A DNA stretch of 54,681 bases from Planctomycetota bacterium (GCA_027001995.1 JALTLO010000078.1:1-54681); one strand, 5' to 3'; numbered from the stretch's first letter, positions 39,202 to 50,501 are shown. Notes: generated by a model not told the origin, from the letters alone. A program made the numbers and translations.

Positions 39202-39894
39202 ATGAGCAACGAAGACCAGTGGGCAAGCCCCTTTACTCAGCCCGTTTCCTGTCGCTTGATCAGGCCCCCATCAAATCAAGCGAAATCCCTCATTGTGGCC
39301 CTCCATGGCATGGGACAAAACGCCGACCTTATGGCCCGAGCCACCAGACCTCTCCAAAATGAGGACCGTGCCATCCTCATCCCAGACGCTCCCTTACCCT
39401 TCGAGAAGACGGTTTCTGGAGGCCGCCGCAAGACTGGGCGTGCGTGGTACATATACACGGGGGATCAAGAGGCATTTTTGGACTCCGCAAGGCGCAGTGG
39501 TCAGTGGCTCATGGGGCAGATTCAGCGAGCAAGAAATGAACTGAGCAATGAGAATCTGCCCATTCACCTCTTGGGCTACTCCCAAGGGGGTTACTTGGCA
39601 GCCATCCTGACCTTTGAGAATCCCCGCCTGTTCTCCAGTTTGATCAGCTGTTGCTCCCGGATGAAAACCGAGATCTTGGCTGCGGATTCTGCCCCAGCTC
39701 CCATCCCGACCCTGGTCATTCACGGTGACAAAGACACCTCATTGCCCATAGCTCGGGCCAGGGAGTCCGCCGACGATCTAAGGGCCAAAGGTTGGCAGGT
39801 GGATTTTCGCTCCTTCCCCCACGCTGGCCACAAGATGGAAGCCGCGCAATGGGAGACCGTCGATCGATGGCTTCAAGATCTGGTCTCTACCTAA
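39202..39894 (+). CDS. Alpha/beta hydrolase (phospholipase/carboxylesterase type)
   Basis: LHGMG, GYSQGG nucleophile elbow, HGDKD, GH. Confidence 0.88.
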   Translation: MSNEDQWASPFTQPVSCRLIRPPSNQAKSLIVALHGMGQNADLMARATRPLQNEDRAILIPDAPLPFEKTVSGGRRKTGRAWYIYTGDQEAFLDSARRSGQWLMGQIQRARNELSNENLPIHLLGYSQGGYLAAILTFENPRLFSSLISCCSRMKTEILAADSAPAPIPTLVIHGDKDTSLPIARARESADDLRAKGWQVDFRSFPHAGHKMEAAQWETVDRWLQDLVST

Positions 39895-41078
39895 GACAAA
39901 ACGCCATGCTTTTTGCCCACCTTGACAAAGGCAGCAACAGCCCGCTCAAGCTGGTCTTGATCATGCCCGGCACTGATTTGCACCCGAATGCGCGCCTCAC
40001 CCCTGGGCACCACGGGGAATGAGAACCCAATGACATAAATGCCTTCCGCCAACATGTCGCTGGCCATGTCCTGAGCCAATCTGGCGTCACCGAGCATGAT
40101 GGGAACAATGGGATGAACCCCAGGTTTGATCTGAAAACCTGCTTCCGTCATAGCATTTCTGAACCACAAGGTATTGGCCTCAAGGCGATCACGCAGCTCG
40201 GTGGTTTCCGAGAGTTTCTCCAGGCAAGCAATGGAGGCACAAACAATGGCCGGTGCTACAGTATTGGAAAAGAGATAAGGCCGGGAACGTTGCCGCAACA
40301 TCGCGACGATTTCCCTGCGGGCTGAAGTGAAACCTCCACTGGCTCCTCCCAGAGCTTTGCCCAGAGTCGATGTGATGATGTCAACTCTGTCCATCACACC
40401 GCAGTGCTCAGGAACGCCACGGCCCGTAGGTCCGAAGAATCCCGTGGAATGACTGTCGTCCACCATCACCAAAGCGTTGTATTTGTCAGCCAGATCACAG
40501 ATTTGGTCAAGTTTGGCGATACTGCCGTCCATTGAAAAAGTGCCATCCGTGGCAATCATGCGGGTTCGGGCACCCTGCGTCGCCTTGAGCTTCTCTTCTA
40601 ACTCAACCATGTCGCCGCTGGCATAACGATGCCGCTCAGCTTTGCACAAACGAATGCCGTCGATAATAGAAGCATGATTGAGAGCGTCCGAGATGATGGC
40701 ATCTTCCTTGGTCAACAAGGTCTCAAAAAGTCCGCCGTTGGCATCGAAACACGAGGTATAGAGAATCGTGTCTTCCATGCCCAAGAATTTAGAAATGGCA
40801 CCTTCAAGCTCTTTGTGAATCTCTTGGGTCCCACAAATGAAGCGCACGCTGGAAAGACCAAATCCCCAACGATCCAACCCTTTCTGGGCTGCAGCAATGA
40901 GGTCCCCGTCGTTGGCAAGACCGAGGTAGTTGTTGGCGCAGAAGTTGAGGACCTTCTCCCCACGAACTTCAATCTCGGCACTTTGAGCACTGGAGATAAT
41001 GCGCTCGTCCTTCAGCAACCCAGCTTCTTCGATTTCTGCCAACTCTTGTTGCAGACGGGCCTTAGTCTGATTGTACAT
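39891..41078 (-). CDS. kbl: Glycine C-acetyltransferase (2-amino-3-ketobutyrate CoA ligase)
   Basis: [56 protein letters not shown]. Confidence 0.96.
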   Translation of the reverse strand: MYNQTKARLQQELAEIEEAGLLKDERIISSAQSAEIEVRGEKVLNFCANNYLGLANDGDLIAAAQKGLDRWGFGLSSVRFICGTQEIHKELEGAISKFLGMEDTILYTSCFDANGGLFETLLTKEDAIISDALNHASIIDGIRLCKAERHRYASGDMVELEEKLKATQGARTRMIATDGTFSMDGSIAKLDQICDLADKYNALVMVDDSHSTGFFGPTGRGVPEHCGVMDRVDIITSTLGKALGGASGGFTSARREIVAMLRQRSRPYLFSNTVAPAIVCASIACLEKLSETTELRDRLEANTLWFRNAMTEAGFQIKPGVHPIVPIMLGDARLAQDMASDMLAEGIYVIGFSFPVVPRGEARIRVQISAGHDQDQLERAVAAFVKVGKKHGVLS

Positions 41079-41098
41079 CTTTGCTCTCCTCTTCCGAT

Positions 41099-42121
41099 CT
41101 AGGCGTAACGCTTGGTGACATTGGGAATCAGGTATTCGGTCATGGTCCGTTCAAGGTCGTACTCTGGAGCAAACCCCCAATCATCCCGGGCCCTAAAGTC
41201 GTAGACATCTGCGGGCCAAGTATCCACAATCCCTTGGCGCTTAAGGTCAGGTTTGAAGTTAATATCAGCTTGGGGAAAGTGCTGCTTGACTAAGTGAGCA
41301 AACTCACCGGCGCTCGGATTAAAGGCCCCGATATTGTAGACCCGCCCCGAGAGTTTGCTGGCATCTGCTGCCATCAAATCTAAAAGGGCCTTGATGGCAT
41401 CGGGCATAGCCATAAAAGTGATGCGAGCGTCTTCTCGGACGAAACAATCATAAGCTTCACCCTTGGCAGCGGCATGAATCATCTCAGGAACATAGTCACT
41501 GGTGCCACCACTGGGAACAGTGAACGCCGAAATCAGCCCGGGGAAACGGATGGCCCTGAAATCAACGCCCCCATGGGTCTCGTCTTCTACCGCAAGCTGC
41601 CGATAGTGATCGGAATAGTAGCGACCCAACTGTTCGCAGTAAAGCTTGTTGCAACCGTACATGGTCGTCGGCAATGTCCATTGATTTTCAGACACCCGCC
41701 CGGTTTCTGTTTTTGTCGTCAAGTCAGGAAGTCCATAGACAGCGATGGAGCTGGGGAAAAGAAACTTGACGGTTTCACCATGCCAGCGCGATTGCTCAAC
41801 AGCGAGCTTCAACAGGTTCAATGTGCCTTCCACGTTGACTGCATGGGCTGTCTCGGGGGTAAACTCTGCTCGAGTCGAAAGAAGTGCCGCCAGATGAAAA
41901 ATGGCGTGAATCTCATATTCACTCACCAAACGGTCGAGCAGGTGTTTGTCCAAGACATCACCCACAATGGTGGCCACGCAGAGATCACGAATCTCCGGGT
42001 CTGGCTCACGAAGATCTAAGGCCAACACGTCGTATTGATTGGCCTTGTGCAGGGCGAAGACCAAACCGTGGCCCACTTCTCCATTGGCACCTGTCACTAA
42101 AACTACGGGTTTCCGTCTCAA
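41099..42121 (-). CDS. SDR/epimerase-type NAD-dependent enzyme, probable L-threonine 3-dehydrogenase
   Basis: [20 protein letters not shown] (YxxxK), [15 protein letters not shown]; directly upstream of kbl. Confidence 0.85.
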   Translation of the reverse strand: MRRKPVVLVTGANGEVGHGLVFALHKANQYDVLALDLREPDPEIRDLCVATIVGDVLDKHLLDRLVSEYEIHAIFHLAALLSTRAEFTPETAHAVNVEGTLNLLKLAVEQSRWHGETVKFLFPSSIAVYGLPDLTTKTETGRVSENQWTLPTTMYGCNKLYCEQLGRYYSDHYRQLAVEDETHGGVDFRAIRFPGLISAFTVPSGGTSDYVPEMIHAAAKGEAYDCFVREDARITFMAMPDAIKALLDLMAADASKLSGRVYNIGAFNPSAGEFAHLVKQHFPQADINFKPDLKRQGIVDTWPADVYDFRARDDWGFAPEYDLERTMTEYLIPNVTKRYA

Positions 42122-42233
42122 GATCTTCCTCCGTTTGTCGGCTCACATGGGTTTCGGACAAAGCGAGCCATGGCTGGGCATTGGAACAGAACTGGAGGGC
42201 GGTTTCAATCCGGGACGGCCATGAGCCATGGGG

Positions 42234-43442
42234 TTACGCCCGCTTGGCCGCACGAAAAGCACTCTTCGCCAAATCCAGCACACCCTGGGCATCTTCCGGT
42301 TCCAGGGTCATCCAGCGTTTCTTAGCCATCCGCTGCTCAATGGCTCGTTTCTCCAGTTGAAGGGAGGTGACATGCTTTCCCCCATCGTTGAACACATGAA
42401 TACGCCCCTTCGGCCCCAAGATCACGAATGTCTTTGCGGCTAAATCAAGCAAGACATGGTTGGTCTTGGCCCGCCCTAAGTCAGCGCGGGCACAGCCAGT
42501 AGGACGCTCACCTGTCTTAGCCCGCTTCTGAGCATGACTGGTGCGCCAGGATTCACGGCGGGTGTGGCGTTCTTGCCCCAAAGTCATGTCAGCCAAAATT
42601 CCCTCCGCTGCTGCAGCAGCGTGAGATAAGCGCTTGGCCACGGGCAATCGCTTAAGCTCTTGGTTGATTCGGGCTAAGGAGCGATCCGAGTTGTGGATCA
42701 AACGAGCCAAAGGATGTTCCGGCTGCTCTAAGATGAGCTTGTAGGCTGGCTGGCCATCAGGAAGCTGACCGATGACATTCAGCCCCAAACGAACAGCACG
42801 ACTTCTTGTGGATGAGCGCACCAATTGGACAGTGACAGCAAAGCGTTCCGGCCCAGCCTCTGTCCGTTGATGAAAATATCCCAAAACCACTTGGCCACGA
42901 ATGTCATAAGCTCGATTGCGACGCTCAAAATCCGGGAGGCGATCTTCAACCAGGTCTTCCCTGGCGGACTTGAGAATCACCACCCTGCCCTTGTCAGATG
43001 CCAGCTCTTCCACTCCACTGTCCTTCTTTTCGATAGCGAAGTCGAGCAAACTGCAAAACTTGGGAACCCCGGTTTCCGAGTATCCGCAAAAGACGTCCCG
43101 GGGCGTTGGAGGACTTCCCGTGGCCGGATCTGCCCCTTCAACAAAGAAACTATAGACCACCCCAGGGCAAAAAGCCGCATGGCTGGCAATGGCATCGTCG
43201 ATGTGGGTTTCCAATGATTTGAGAGCCTCGTCCATCTGCTCGCGTCGGCCTTCCCCCCGCCCAGAGAAGCCCAACTTGAATTTGGCCTCAAAAGGGGGCA
43301 ATGAACGGACCACATCCCGAGCATAGGGCCGGCCCATGAAGATACCCCGGGCCAAGTCTTCAAATCGACTTTGAAGCGCGACCATTTCGTCCAGGATACG
43401 ATCTCGCTCTGATTTTGATTTCTTTGGGCGCGGTTTGTTCAT
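42234..43442 (-). CDS. Hypothetical protein
   Basis: Long ORF divergent from valS; ATG at 43442; no family recognised. Confidence 0.7.
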   Translation of the reverse strand: MNKPRPKKSKSERDRILDEMVALQSRFEDLARGIFMGRPYARDVVRSLPPFEAKFKLGFSGRGEGRREQMDEALKSLETHIDDAIASHAAFCPGVVYSFFVEGADPATGSPPTPRDVFCGYSETGVPKFCSLLDFAIEKKDSGVEELASDKGRVVILKSAREDLVEDRLPDFERRNRAYDIRGQVVLGYFHQRTEAGPERFAVTVQLVRSSTRSRAVRLGLNVIGQLPDGQPAYKLILEQPEHPLARLIHNSDRSLARINQELKRLPVAKRLSHAAAAAEGILADMTLGQERHTRRESWRTSHAQKRAKTGERPTGCARADLGRAKTNHVLLDLAAKTFVILGPKGRIHVFNDGGKHVTSLQLEKRAIEQRMAKKRWMTLEPEDAQGVLDLAKSAFRAAKRA

Positions 43443-43587
43443 GGCGAGAATCCTACTGATCTGAGCGCAAAAGGCGACCGTGGAGTCCAACCCCCAAGAC
43501 TGCTAACATGGAAGCTGCGAATTCCCGGCAGTGCCAATTGCGGCATCCTTTGCTGGGCCAAGGACTTGGATCTGAAAGGAGTGGGAT

Positions 43588-46233
43588 GTGACTGAGATCC
43601 CCAAGAAGTACAAACACGGCGACGCCGAAAAAAAATGGCGTAGTTTTTGGCAAGAAAACGAACTCTTTAGCTGGGATCCGTCAAAATCTCGAGAAGAGAC
43701 CTTCGTCGTAGATACCCCGCCCCCGACGATTTCTGGGTCCCTCCACATCGGTCATGTCTTCAGCTACACCCATCAAGATCTTATCGTTCGCTACCAGCGG
43801 ATGAAGGGCATGAATATCTCCTACCCCATGGGATGGGACGATAATGGTCTGCCCACCGAACGCCGGGTGCAAAACATCTTCGGCATTCGTTGCGAACCGA
43901 AGCTGCCCTATGACGCCGACTGGAAGCCCCGTCGCGACAAGAAGAAAAAAGACGGCATTGAAGAAGTCTCGCGGCAAAATTTCATCGAAGCTTGCAGCAT
44001 CATCACCGAAGAAGATGAAAAAGTGTTCGAAGAATTGTGGCGGCGCATGGGGCTCTCCATCGACTGGAACCAACAATACGCCACGATCAACGAAATCAGT
44101 CGGTTGACGTCTCAGGCTTCATTCCTGGAACTCGTCAAGAAGGACATGGTCTACAGCACCGAAGCCCCCACCATGTGGGACATCGATTTCAAAACCGCTG
44201 TAGCTCAGGCAGAAGTCGAAGACAAAGAACGCCCTGGTCTGATGCACCAAGTTCGTTTCGGTATCCAAGGCGGTGGCGAATTCTCCATCTCGACAACACG
44301 TCCGGAACTCCTGCCCGCTTGCATTGCTGTGGTGGCCCACCCAGATGATGATCGTTTCAAAGATCTCTTCGGCAAGACAGCCATCACTCCTCTCTTCCAC
44401 ACAGAAGTTCCTATCCTGGCTGCCGAGCATGCCGATCCGGAAAAAGGCACAGGTATCTTGATGGTCTGTACTTTTGGCGATTCCAACGATGTGGATTGGT
44501 GGAAGAAGTCGAAATACCCCGTCAAGCAGATCATTGGCCTCAATGGACGCTTGGTGGATGTCGAATTTGGCAAAGGTCACTTTCACAGCGCCAACCCGGA
44601 AGCGGCCAACGCAGCCTATGCTGAGCTCAAAGGTCTTTATGCCAAACAGGCAAAAAAGAAAATCGCTGAGCTCTTGGCAGCAGATGGCACCGGCCCCCAT
44701 GGGGAAGGTAGCGCTCTTGTAGGTGAACCAGAAGAGATCTCGCACCCGGTGAAGTTCTACGAAAAGGGCGATCGCCCTCTGGAATTCGTGCCAACCCGAC
44801 AATGGTTCACCAAGGTGCTGGAACACAAAGAAGCACTCTTAGCCCAAGGGGCAAAAATCGCTTGGCATCCTCCATTCATGCGGAGTCGCTATGACAGCTG
44901 GGTTGATGGCCTCAATCAAGATTGGTGCATCTCAAGGCAGCGCTACTTCGGCGTGCCATTCCCAGTCTGGTATGCGGTGAAAGAAAACGGCCTCACAGAC
45001 TACGAAAGCCCGATCTTTGCCGACATGGATCAGCTTCCGATTGATCCCATGTCTTCAGCCCCCCGTGGGTTCGAAGAATCCCAAAGAGATCAACCTGGAG
45101 GTTTCCGCGCTGACCCAGACGTCATGGACACCTGGGCGACGAGTAGTTTGACACCTCAGATTGCCAGCAAGTGGGCAACCGACAAAGAACGCCACCAAAA
45201 GCTCTTCCCCATGGACGTGCGCCCCCAAAGCCATGAGATCATCCGTACTTGGGCCTTCTACACCATTGTCAAAGCTTGGATGCACGAAGACGAAATCCCC
45301 TGGAAGAACGTGGTCATCTCTGGTTGGATTCTCGACCCTGACCGTAAGAAGATGAGCAAGTCGAAAGGCAACGTGGTCACTCCAGAACATCTCTTGGACG
45401 AGCATTCCGTTGATGGTGTACGTTACTGGACTGCTCGCGCTCGTTTGGGTTCGGACACAGAATTCGACCCCACAGTTTTCAAAGTCGGAAAACGATTGGC
45501 CAACAAGGTCTTCAACGCCAGTCGTTTTGTGTTCATGCAAATTGATCGGGCTTTAGAAACCAGCGCCATGCCTGGTCCCCAAGCGATCACGGAACAACTC
45601 GACTTGGCATTGATCGCTAAGCTAAAAACCGTGGTTAAGATTGCCACCGACGCCTTCGAGCGCTTTGACTATGCCGCTGCATTGCAGGCATCGGAAGAAA
45701 GCTTCTGGCAATTCTGCGATCATTACGTCGAATTGGTGAAAGCTCGTTCATACGCCGACGATGACACCCCTGCACGACGCTCCGCTTTGGCAACGTTACA
45801 ATTGGGTCTGAATGTTCACCTCCGCCTGCTGGCCCCCTTCATTCCTTTCGTCACTGAAGAAGTATGGTCTTGGCGGATGGCAGGAGAAGGTCGTTTAGCT
45901 TCCGTTCACACCAGTCCTTGGCCCAGTGAAGTTGACTTCGCGAAAGTGGAAGGTGATGCCCCCATCGAAGCCCTGACTATGGCAGTAGAAGTGACGTCAA
46001 AGATTCGCGGAGCCAAATCCGACGCACAAAAGAGTCTCCGATGGCCAGTGAGCGCTTTGTCCCTGACCGGATCACAAGACGCCATCGACGCCATCTCTTT
46101 GGTTCTTTCGGATGTTCTCGCCGCAGGCAACGTTCAAGACGATGCTTTCTCCACCACCCTGGGGGAAGCACCAGAAAACGAGCGATTGGGTGTGGAGGTG
46201 ACGTTGAGCCAAGAATCTAACCAAGACGCTTAG
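43588..46233 (+). CDS. valS: Valine-tRNA ligase (type 2, archaeal/actinobacterial-like)
   Basis: DTPPPTISGSLHIGH, GWDDNGLPTE, DWCISRQR, RPQSHEIIRTW, KMSKS; no long C-terminal coiled coil. Confidence 0.95.
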   Translation: MTEIPKKYKHGDAEKKWRSFWQENELFSWDPSKSREETFVVDTPPPTISGSLHIGHVFSYTHQDLIVRYQRMKGMNISYPMGWDDNGLPTERRVQNIFGIRCEPKLPYDADWKPRRDKKKKDGIEEVSRQNFIEACSIITEEDEKVFEELWRRMGLSIDWNQQYATINEISRLTSQASFLELVKKDMVYSTEAPTMWDIDFKTAVAQAEVEDKERPGLMHQVRFGIQGGGEFSISTTRPELLPACIAVVAHPDDDRFKDLFGKTAITPLFHTEVPILAAEHADPEKGTGILMVCTFGDSNDVDWWKKSKYPVKQIIGLNGRLVDVEFGKGHFHSANPEAANAAYAELKGLYAKQAKKKIAELLAADGTGPHGEGSALVGEPEEISHPVKFYEKGDRPLEFVPTRQWFTKVLEHKEALLAQGAKIAWHPPFMRSRYDSWVDGLNQDWCISRQRYFGVPFPVWYAVKENGLTDYESPIFADMDQLPIDPMSSAPRGFEESQRDQPGGFRADPDVMDTWATSSLTPQIASKWATDKERHQKLFPMDVRPQSHEIIRTWAFYTIVKAWMHEDEIPWKNVVISGWILDPDRKKMSKSKGNVVTPEHLLDEHSVDGVRYWTARARLGSDTEFDPTVFKVGKRLANKVFNASRFVFMQIDRALETSAMPGPQAITEQLDLALIAKLKTVVKIATDAFERFDYAAALQASEESFWQFCDHYVELVKARSYADDDTPARRSALATLQLGLNVHLRLLAPFIPFVTEEVWSWRMAGEGRLASVHTSPWPSEVDFAKVEGDAPIEALTMAVEVTSKIRGAKSDAQKSLRWPVSALSLTGSQDAIDAISLVLSDVLAAGNVQDDAFSTTLGEAPENERLGVEVTLSQESNQDA

Positions 46234-46252
46234 ACGAGAACCAAGACTTGCC

Positions 46253-46280
46253 GTCCTCTTGAGGATTTCCTCAAGGGGAC
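46253..46280. terminator. Hairpin downstream of valS
   Basis: GTCCTCTTGAGG-attt-CCTCAAGGGGAC; no clear U-tract. Confidence 0.5.
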
Positions 46281-46369
46281 AGCCAAGCACATACAAAAAA
46301 ATTCCTTTGAACACACCTCTCCGATTTCCGTTACCTTTCTTGAGTGACAGATAATGGAAGCAGAGGCCA

Positions 46370-48625
46370 ATGCGCAAAGACCAAACCCTTCTTCCCCTCA
46401 TCGTCGGCATCTTGCTCCTCTTGGGCAGCGCATTCTATGCCTTGCAGCAAGATGAAAGTGGCGACGTATTGGAAGAGACTCATCTCAAACGAAGTCTTCC
46501 CCCGCTCAACCAATCAAAAGCCAACGTTCCCTCCCATAAGGCTGGCCCTGGCGATCCAAACTCGAGAACTCCGCAAACGAGCCTCAAGCTGTCGCCAAAA
46601 TTTGCCCGCGACACGAAGCTCGATTTCGGCCCCGGGATTCTCTGCGGCGACTCCACCGTCACTTTCACTTTGCGGGACAAGAAGGGGCAACCCTTGATCG
46701 CCGAACAAATGATCGATATCCAACTCTGGCGCAAGTTGGGGAAATTTTGGATCCAAGAGAACGCCCATTTCGACAGGTCAAAATCCACTGCCATTTGCTC
46801 CGGCAGACTTGGCACGGGTTTGGAGCCTGGGGAATACGAGGTCGGTTTTCGTTGCGGAGGTTATGGAGCCTTATGGAAGAAATTCGCGGTCTCAACGGAT
46901 CAGCGCGTCATCATTCCAATTGAATTCCCCTATTGGCGGCGGATCATTGACTTGCACTATATGGGCGACAACAAAAAGCCGGTGCGATACTTGGCCACAA
47001 TTCCGAAATACGAGTTTACCCCACCCCAACTTCCCCCCCGAAAACGTAAGAAACCCGATCGCGTTCTTTCTTATCCCCCCATTTATAGCCAGTTCAACAC
47101 AACTATAGAAACATCGTCTGGCGGTGTTGGCTCCAGTTTTCTGGGTTACAGAAGACACAACCTTTCCTATTTGACAAGAAATGGGCACTGGTACTTAGAA
47201 GTTTTTGCTGGTTTGCCTGGAACCCTCAAGCAAGAGTTTAACTATAGAGCGACCGGCAGAAGAAACTTGGATGTACGTTCTCGTTTTCAGGAAGAAAAAT
47301 GGGATTCTCACAAGATCACAGTGAATTACACGAAAAAGCGCAAGGCGGATCTGGAGCACAGAAGCACGTCCAATCGTGTCAACAAGAACAACCCTGGCAA
47401 TGAAACGGTTCTTGACAGCAAGAAGAAATCGACTGTGAATCCGAACATACCTCCGGTTATTTCCATGGCATCGCGCATTCTCTTTGACGTCAATGGGGCT
47501 ATACCGGTCAGACCTCATATCGAGAACTCTCTCAATGCTAAGATCAGCCATTTGGATGTCACCTATTATGATCGGCGAGCACGCAAGTCGATGGGGACAT
47601 GGTACTCAGATATCTTTCCCGAGAAGTCCCGTGAAATCAGTTATTGGTATTCGGACGGGGCCCTCCTCAGAACCAAAAAGAAGACGAAACAATACCGGAA
47701 TATCTTCGACAACCAAAAATCGAGAATCGCAACCATACGGGATTCCATTGCAGCAAACCTCTGCATCTTGAGCATCGGCATGCCCACCCCCACAAGTCGC
47801 GCCTGGGCTCGGGGTTTGCGCGTTGGCTGGAAACTCAAACAAAGTCCCATCCATGGGCAAGAAATTCACCGCCCTGATGGCAAGGCTTTCACCGTTCGCT
47901 CTGCTCTTGCACTCGGTGAAGACGAAAACCAACCCCTTCCCGGAGATCTCGTCTATTCTTTCGTTGGTGAAGGTAACGGCCCGAGAGCCCGGCAGTCCAT
48001 CGAATTGACTGCGGAGCAGGAGAAATCACTTCGCGACGGCACTCTCGAGATTGAACCCCAAACAAAGGGAATTATCCTGCGGGCTATCGACGCCAACGGC
48101 GCTGGCCTGCCTTGGGTAGAAGGAAGTTTGATTCCCATCGACAGTCTCCACACGGCCATCAGTGTCAAGAAACACATGGGGCAATGGAAACGTGAAGCTC
48201 GCAAGGATCGTCACTACGACAACAGCTCGGTGCGGATCGATTTTTCCCCTGAAACTCAATATGGGGGCACATCCTTGGAAGAACCACTGGAGGATGAAGA
48301 AACAATCACAAGTTTCGTCGACACGCTTTCGGAGGAAAATCTGCGCCGACTCCTCAAAGGGGGCCTCTATGAAGAATTCTCCACTGACCAAGAAAGGCGC
48401 TTCTTCGCCAAGAATTACACTTGGTACAACACGCATCGCAAGTTCAAGTCGGACCGTCGAGGTTACCTCACCAATTGGAATCAAGTGGTGGAGCCCAACA
48501 AGCGCTACGCCCTTTTTCTTTGGTCCAACTCCAGAGACCATCTTGTTTCCGACTCGATGATTCTCTTTACCGCCAAAGAGGGTATAACAGACTTAGGAGT
48601 CGTGAGACTCCCCGACTATCAATGA
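46370..48625 (+). CDS. Hypothetical membrane-anchored/exported protein
   Basis: 751-aa ORF with an N-terminal hydrophobic anchor; beta-rich segments resemble carboxypeptidase-regulatory-like domains (LRDKKGQPL, RAIDANGAGLP, TDLGVVRL). Confidence 0.7.
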   Translation: MRKDQTLLPLIVGILLLLGSAFYALQQDESGDVLEETHLKRSLPPLNQSKANVPSHKAGPGDPNSRTPQTSLKLSPKFARDTKLDFGPGILCGDSTVTFTLRDKKGQPLIAEQMIDIQLWRKLGKFWIQENAHFDRSKSTAICSGRLGTGLEPGEYEVGFRCGGYGALWKKFAVSTDQRVIIPIEFPYWRRIIDLHYMGDNKKPVRYLATIPKYEFTPPQLPPRKRKKPDRVLSYPPIYSQFNTTIETSSGGVGSSFLGYRRHNLSYLTRNGHWYLEVFAGLPGTLKQEFNYRATGRRNLDVRSRFQEEKWDSHKITVNYTKKRKADLEHRSTSNRVNKNNPGNETVLDSKKKSTVNPNIPPVISMASRILFDVNGAIPVRPHIENSLNAKISHLDVTYYDRRARKSMGTWYSDIFPEKSREISYWYSDGALLRTKKKTKQYRNIFDNQKSRIATIRDSIAANLCILSIGMPTPTSRAWARGLRVGWKLKQSPIHGQEIHRPDGKAFTVRSALALGEDENQPLPGDLVYSFVGEGNGPRARQSIELTAEQEKSLRDGTLEIEPQTKGIILRAIDANGAGLPWVEGSLIPIDSLHTAISVKKHMGQWKREARKDRHYDNSSVRIDFSPETQYGGTSLEEPLEDEETITSFVDTLSEENLRRLLKGGLYEEFSTDQERRFFAKNYTWYNTHRKFKSDRRGYLTNWNQVVEPNKRYALFLWSNSRDHLVSDSMILFTAKEGITDLGVVRLPDYQ

Positions 48626-50211
48626 ATAGTCAGGAGCAAGGGAGAGCTGTTCTCGTCCACCAAGACTTCATCACTTTTCCACGCGCCCTTCCTCCCCTTG
48701 AGCGTATAACCCCGGCCTCGCTCTTGGCCGAGGTAGATCAAGAATTCCCCCTTCGAACCGGTCTCGACTTCCAGGGACTTGATCGACCTCTTCTTCACTT
48801 TCCTTTTTCCAGGAGCCTGGTAAGGAAAATAGACGGATGACAATTGGACCGAAGCTCCAGCCACTGGTATACCGCTGGCGTTCAACACTTGTCCTTCAAC
48901 TTCAACCGCAGGAAACTCTAGAACAACGTCTCCCAGATTTTGAAATGATCCCGGTTCATCTTGCTCGACTTTAAGAGACTTAACCCCTCTATGAGCTTCT
49001 CCGAAATCCCCGGCTACTCCTCGGCGCACAAAGAAATTCAAACGGTAAGCCCTGGCCAAGTCAAGTTGGAGATCTACATGCCCACTTCTGCCGACAACCG
49101 TTCTGACACGAGAAGGGCGAGGTCGGATGACGGGGTCCCTCAAATGCAGGTTCAAGCCCGTACTGACGGAAGACACATGAGGTAACCCAGAAAGAACTGG
49201 CGTCGCAACAACACCGATCATTGCGGGAGGAAAGGGCTTTCCCCTACGATCAACAACGTGCAGGAATACGGTAGACAACTGATCGCCAAAGGGAATAATC
49301 ATGGAAGGTGTTGACGGCTTGGGAGTCATTAACATTCTCGTCTCCACTCGTCCTTTGGCAGTCAACTTCCACGAGACCTTTTTTCCTGGCACCAACCCGC
49401 CGATTCGGACACTTGGGGTTGCCAATGGTAAGAACTGGCCGCCGGTTTCTCGTTGAGGAGCACCACCCTCGCCAATGAGCCAACTCAGATGAGCGTCAAA
49501 GGACTCTTCGCCCGGCCTGTTTGCTGTCACGACTTCCATGACCAGAGTCTTCGGTAAAGTGAAATTGAGCTGTAATTTCGGAGCATCCGTATCGCATGTT
49601 TGCCAAGGGATCTCTCCTCCTGTGAGTAGTGGCCCCACGGCCACAGTCCGTTTCCCTTCGACACCAACCGAAGCATAAAACTGAGCTAACCCTTGTGAAT
49701 CCGTCAGCAAACGTGCCCCGACCGGAGCACCATGGGGAATCCAACTTCAGCTCAAGTGGTGAGTCATAAGACGACCGGCGTCGGCCATAAAAACCGGTAT
49801 ATACGGGCAGGGGGTTTGGTCGGCATCGCGGCAGGAAACCGTGATCATCTTGTACGTTGATAACACCAAAGGCATAGGTGATTCCTTGGGGAGTCCGTCA
49901 TTGCCAAGAATGAGGAAAGCCATTTGCGATTTGCTCTTGGCGACAATCAGACCTCGGCGGCCATCAAGAAAGCGCTTTGGCAAAAGAAACGTCCCTGAGG
50001 GATTGGGCGATCCGGTCCAAAGCGGCTGATTGCGAGGCACCGGAATGGCAGCGATCGTCGCTGCGTGGCTGTTCTCGCTGGCGAAGACAGAAATAGAGAC
50101 GGCACTCAGATCTTCCCCAACCGCCCCCTCCACCATCAGCTCAGCCTGCCCAAACCCTGGCAGCCCCATAACTGATAGCACCAGCAGCAACCTCAAAACT
50201 TGAATTCTCAT
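48619..50211 (-). CDS. Secreted carboxypeptidase-regulatory-like domain protein with one in-frame UGA at codon 155 (Sec read-through candidate or nonsense pseudogene)
   Basis: ORFs 49747..50298 and 48619..49710 share a frame, separated only by TGA at 49749-49747 (..HHLS*SWIPHGAPVGARLLTDSQG..). Signal peptide starts at ATG 50211. Confidence 0.65.
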
Positions 50212-50326
50212 TCCCTCAGTCCTTTCGGTTTGACTTCGAACACCAGTGTAGTGCCAAGCATCCGAACAGGTCGAGCAAAATTTGCTTCCGAGACCCAAGA
50301 GACAAAAGCGTTACAGAGTGCATAAG

Positions 50327-50353
50327 AAAAGCCCAAGCATAAGCTTGGGCTTT
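50327..50353 (-). terminator. Terminator of the gltX-tRNA-Glu unit
   Basis: AAAAGCCCAAGC-ataa-GCTTGGGCTTT. Confidence 0.85.
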
Positions 50354-50363
50354 GATCATCTTA

Positions 50364-50437
50364 TGACCCCGAGGGGATTTGAACCCCTGTTGCAAGGATG
50401 AGAACCTTGTGTCCTAACCTGACTAGACGACGGGGCC
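50364..50437 (-). tRNA. tRNA-Glu (anticodon CTC)
   Basis: Reverse complement GGCCCCGTCGTCTAGTCAGGTTAGGACACAAGGTT-CTC-ATCCTTGCAACAGGGGTTCAAATCCCCTCGGGGTCA. Confidence 0.95.
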
Positions 50438-50501
50438 GTCAAGTGGCGTATAATAGGCAGGGGAGTTGTGGCCTTCAAGAGAAGGCTTCCCCGAATCTAA
50501 A

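Noticed and set aside
46253..50437. tRNA-Glu-integrated island or prophage
   Set aside because: No integrase and no direct repeat of the tRNA 3' end was found.
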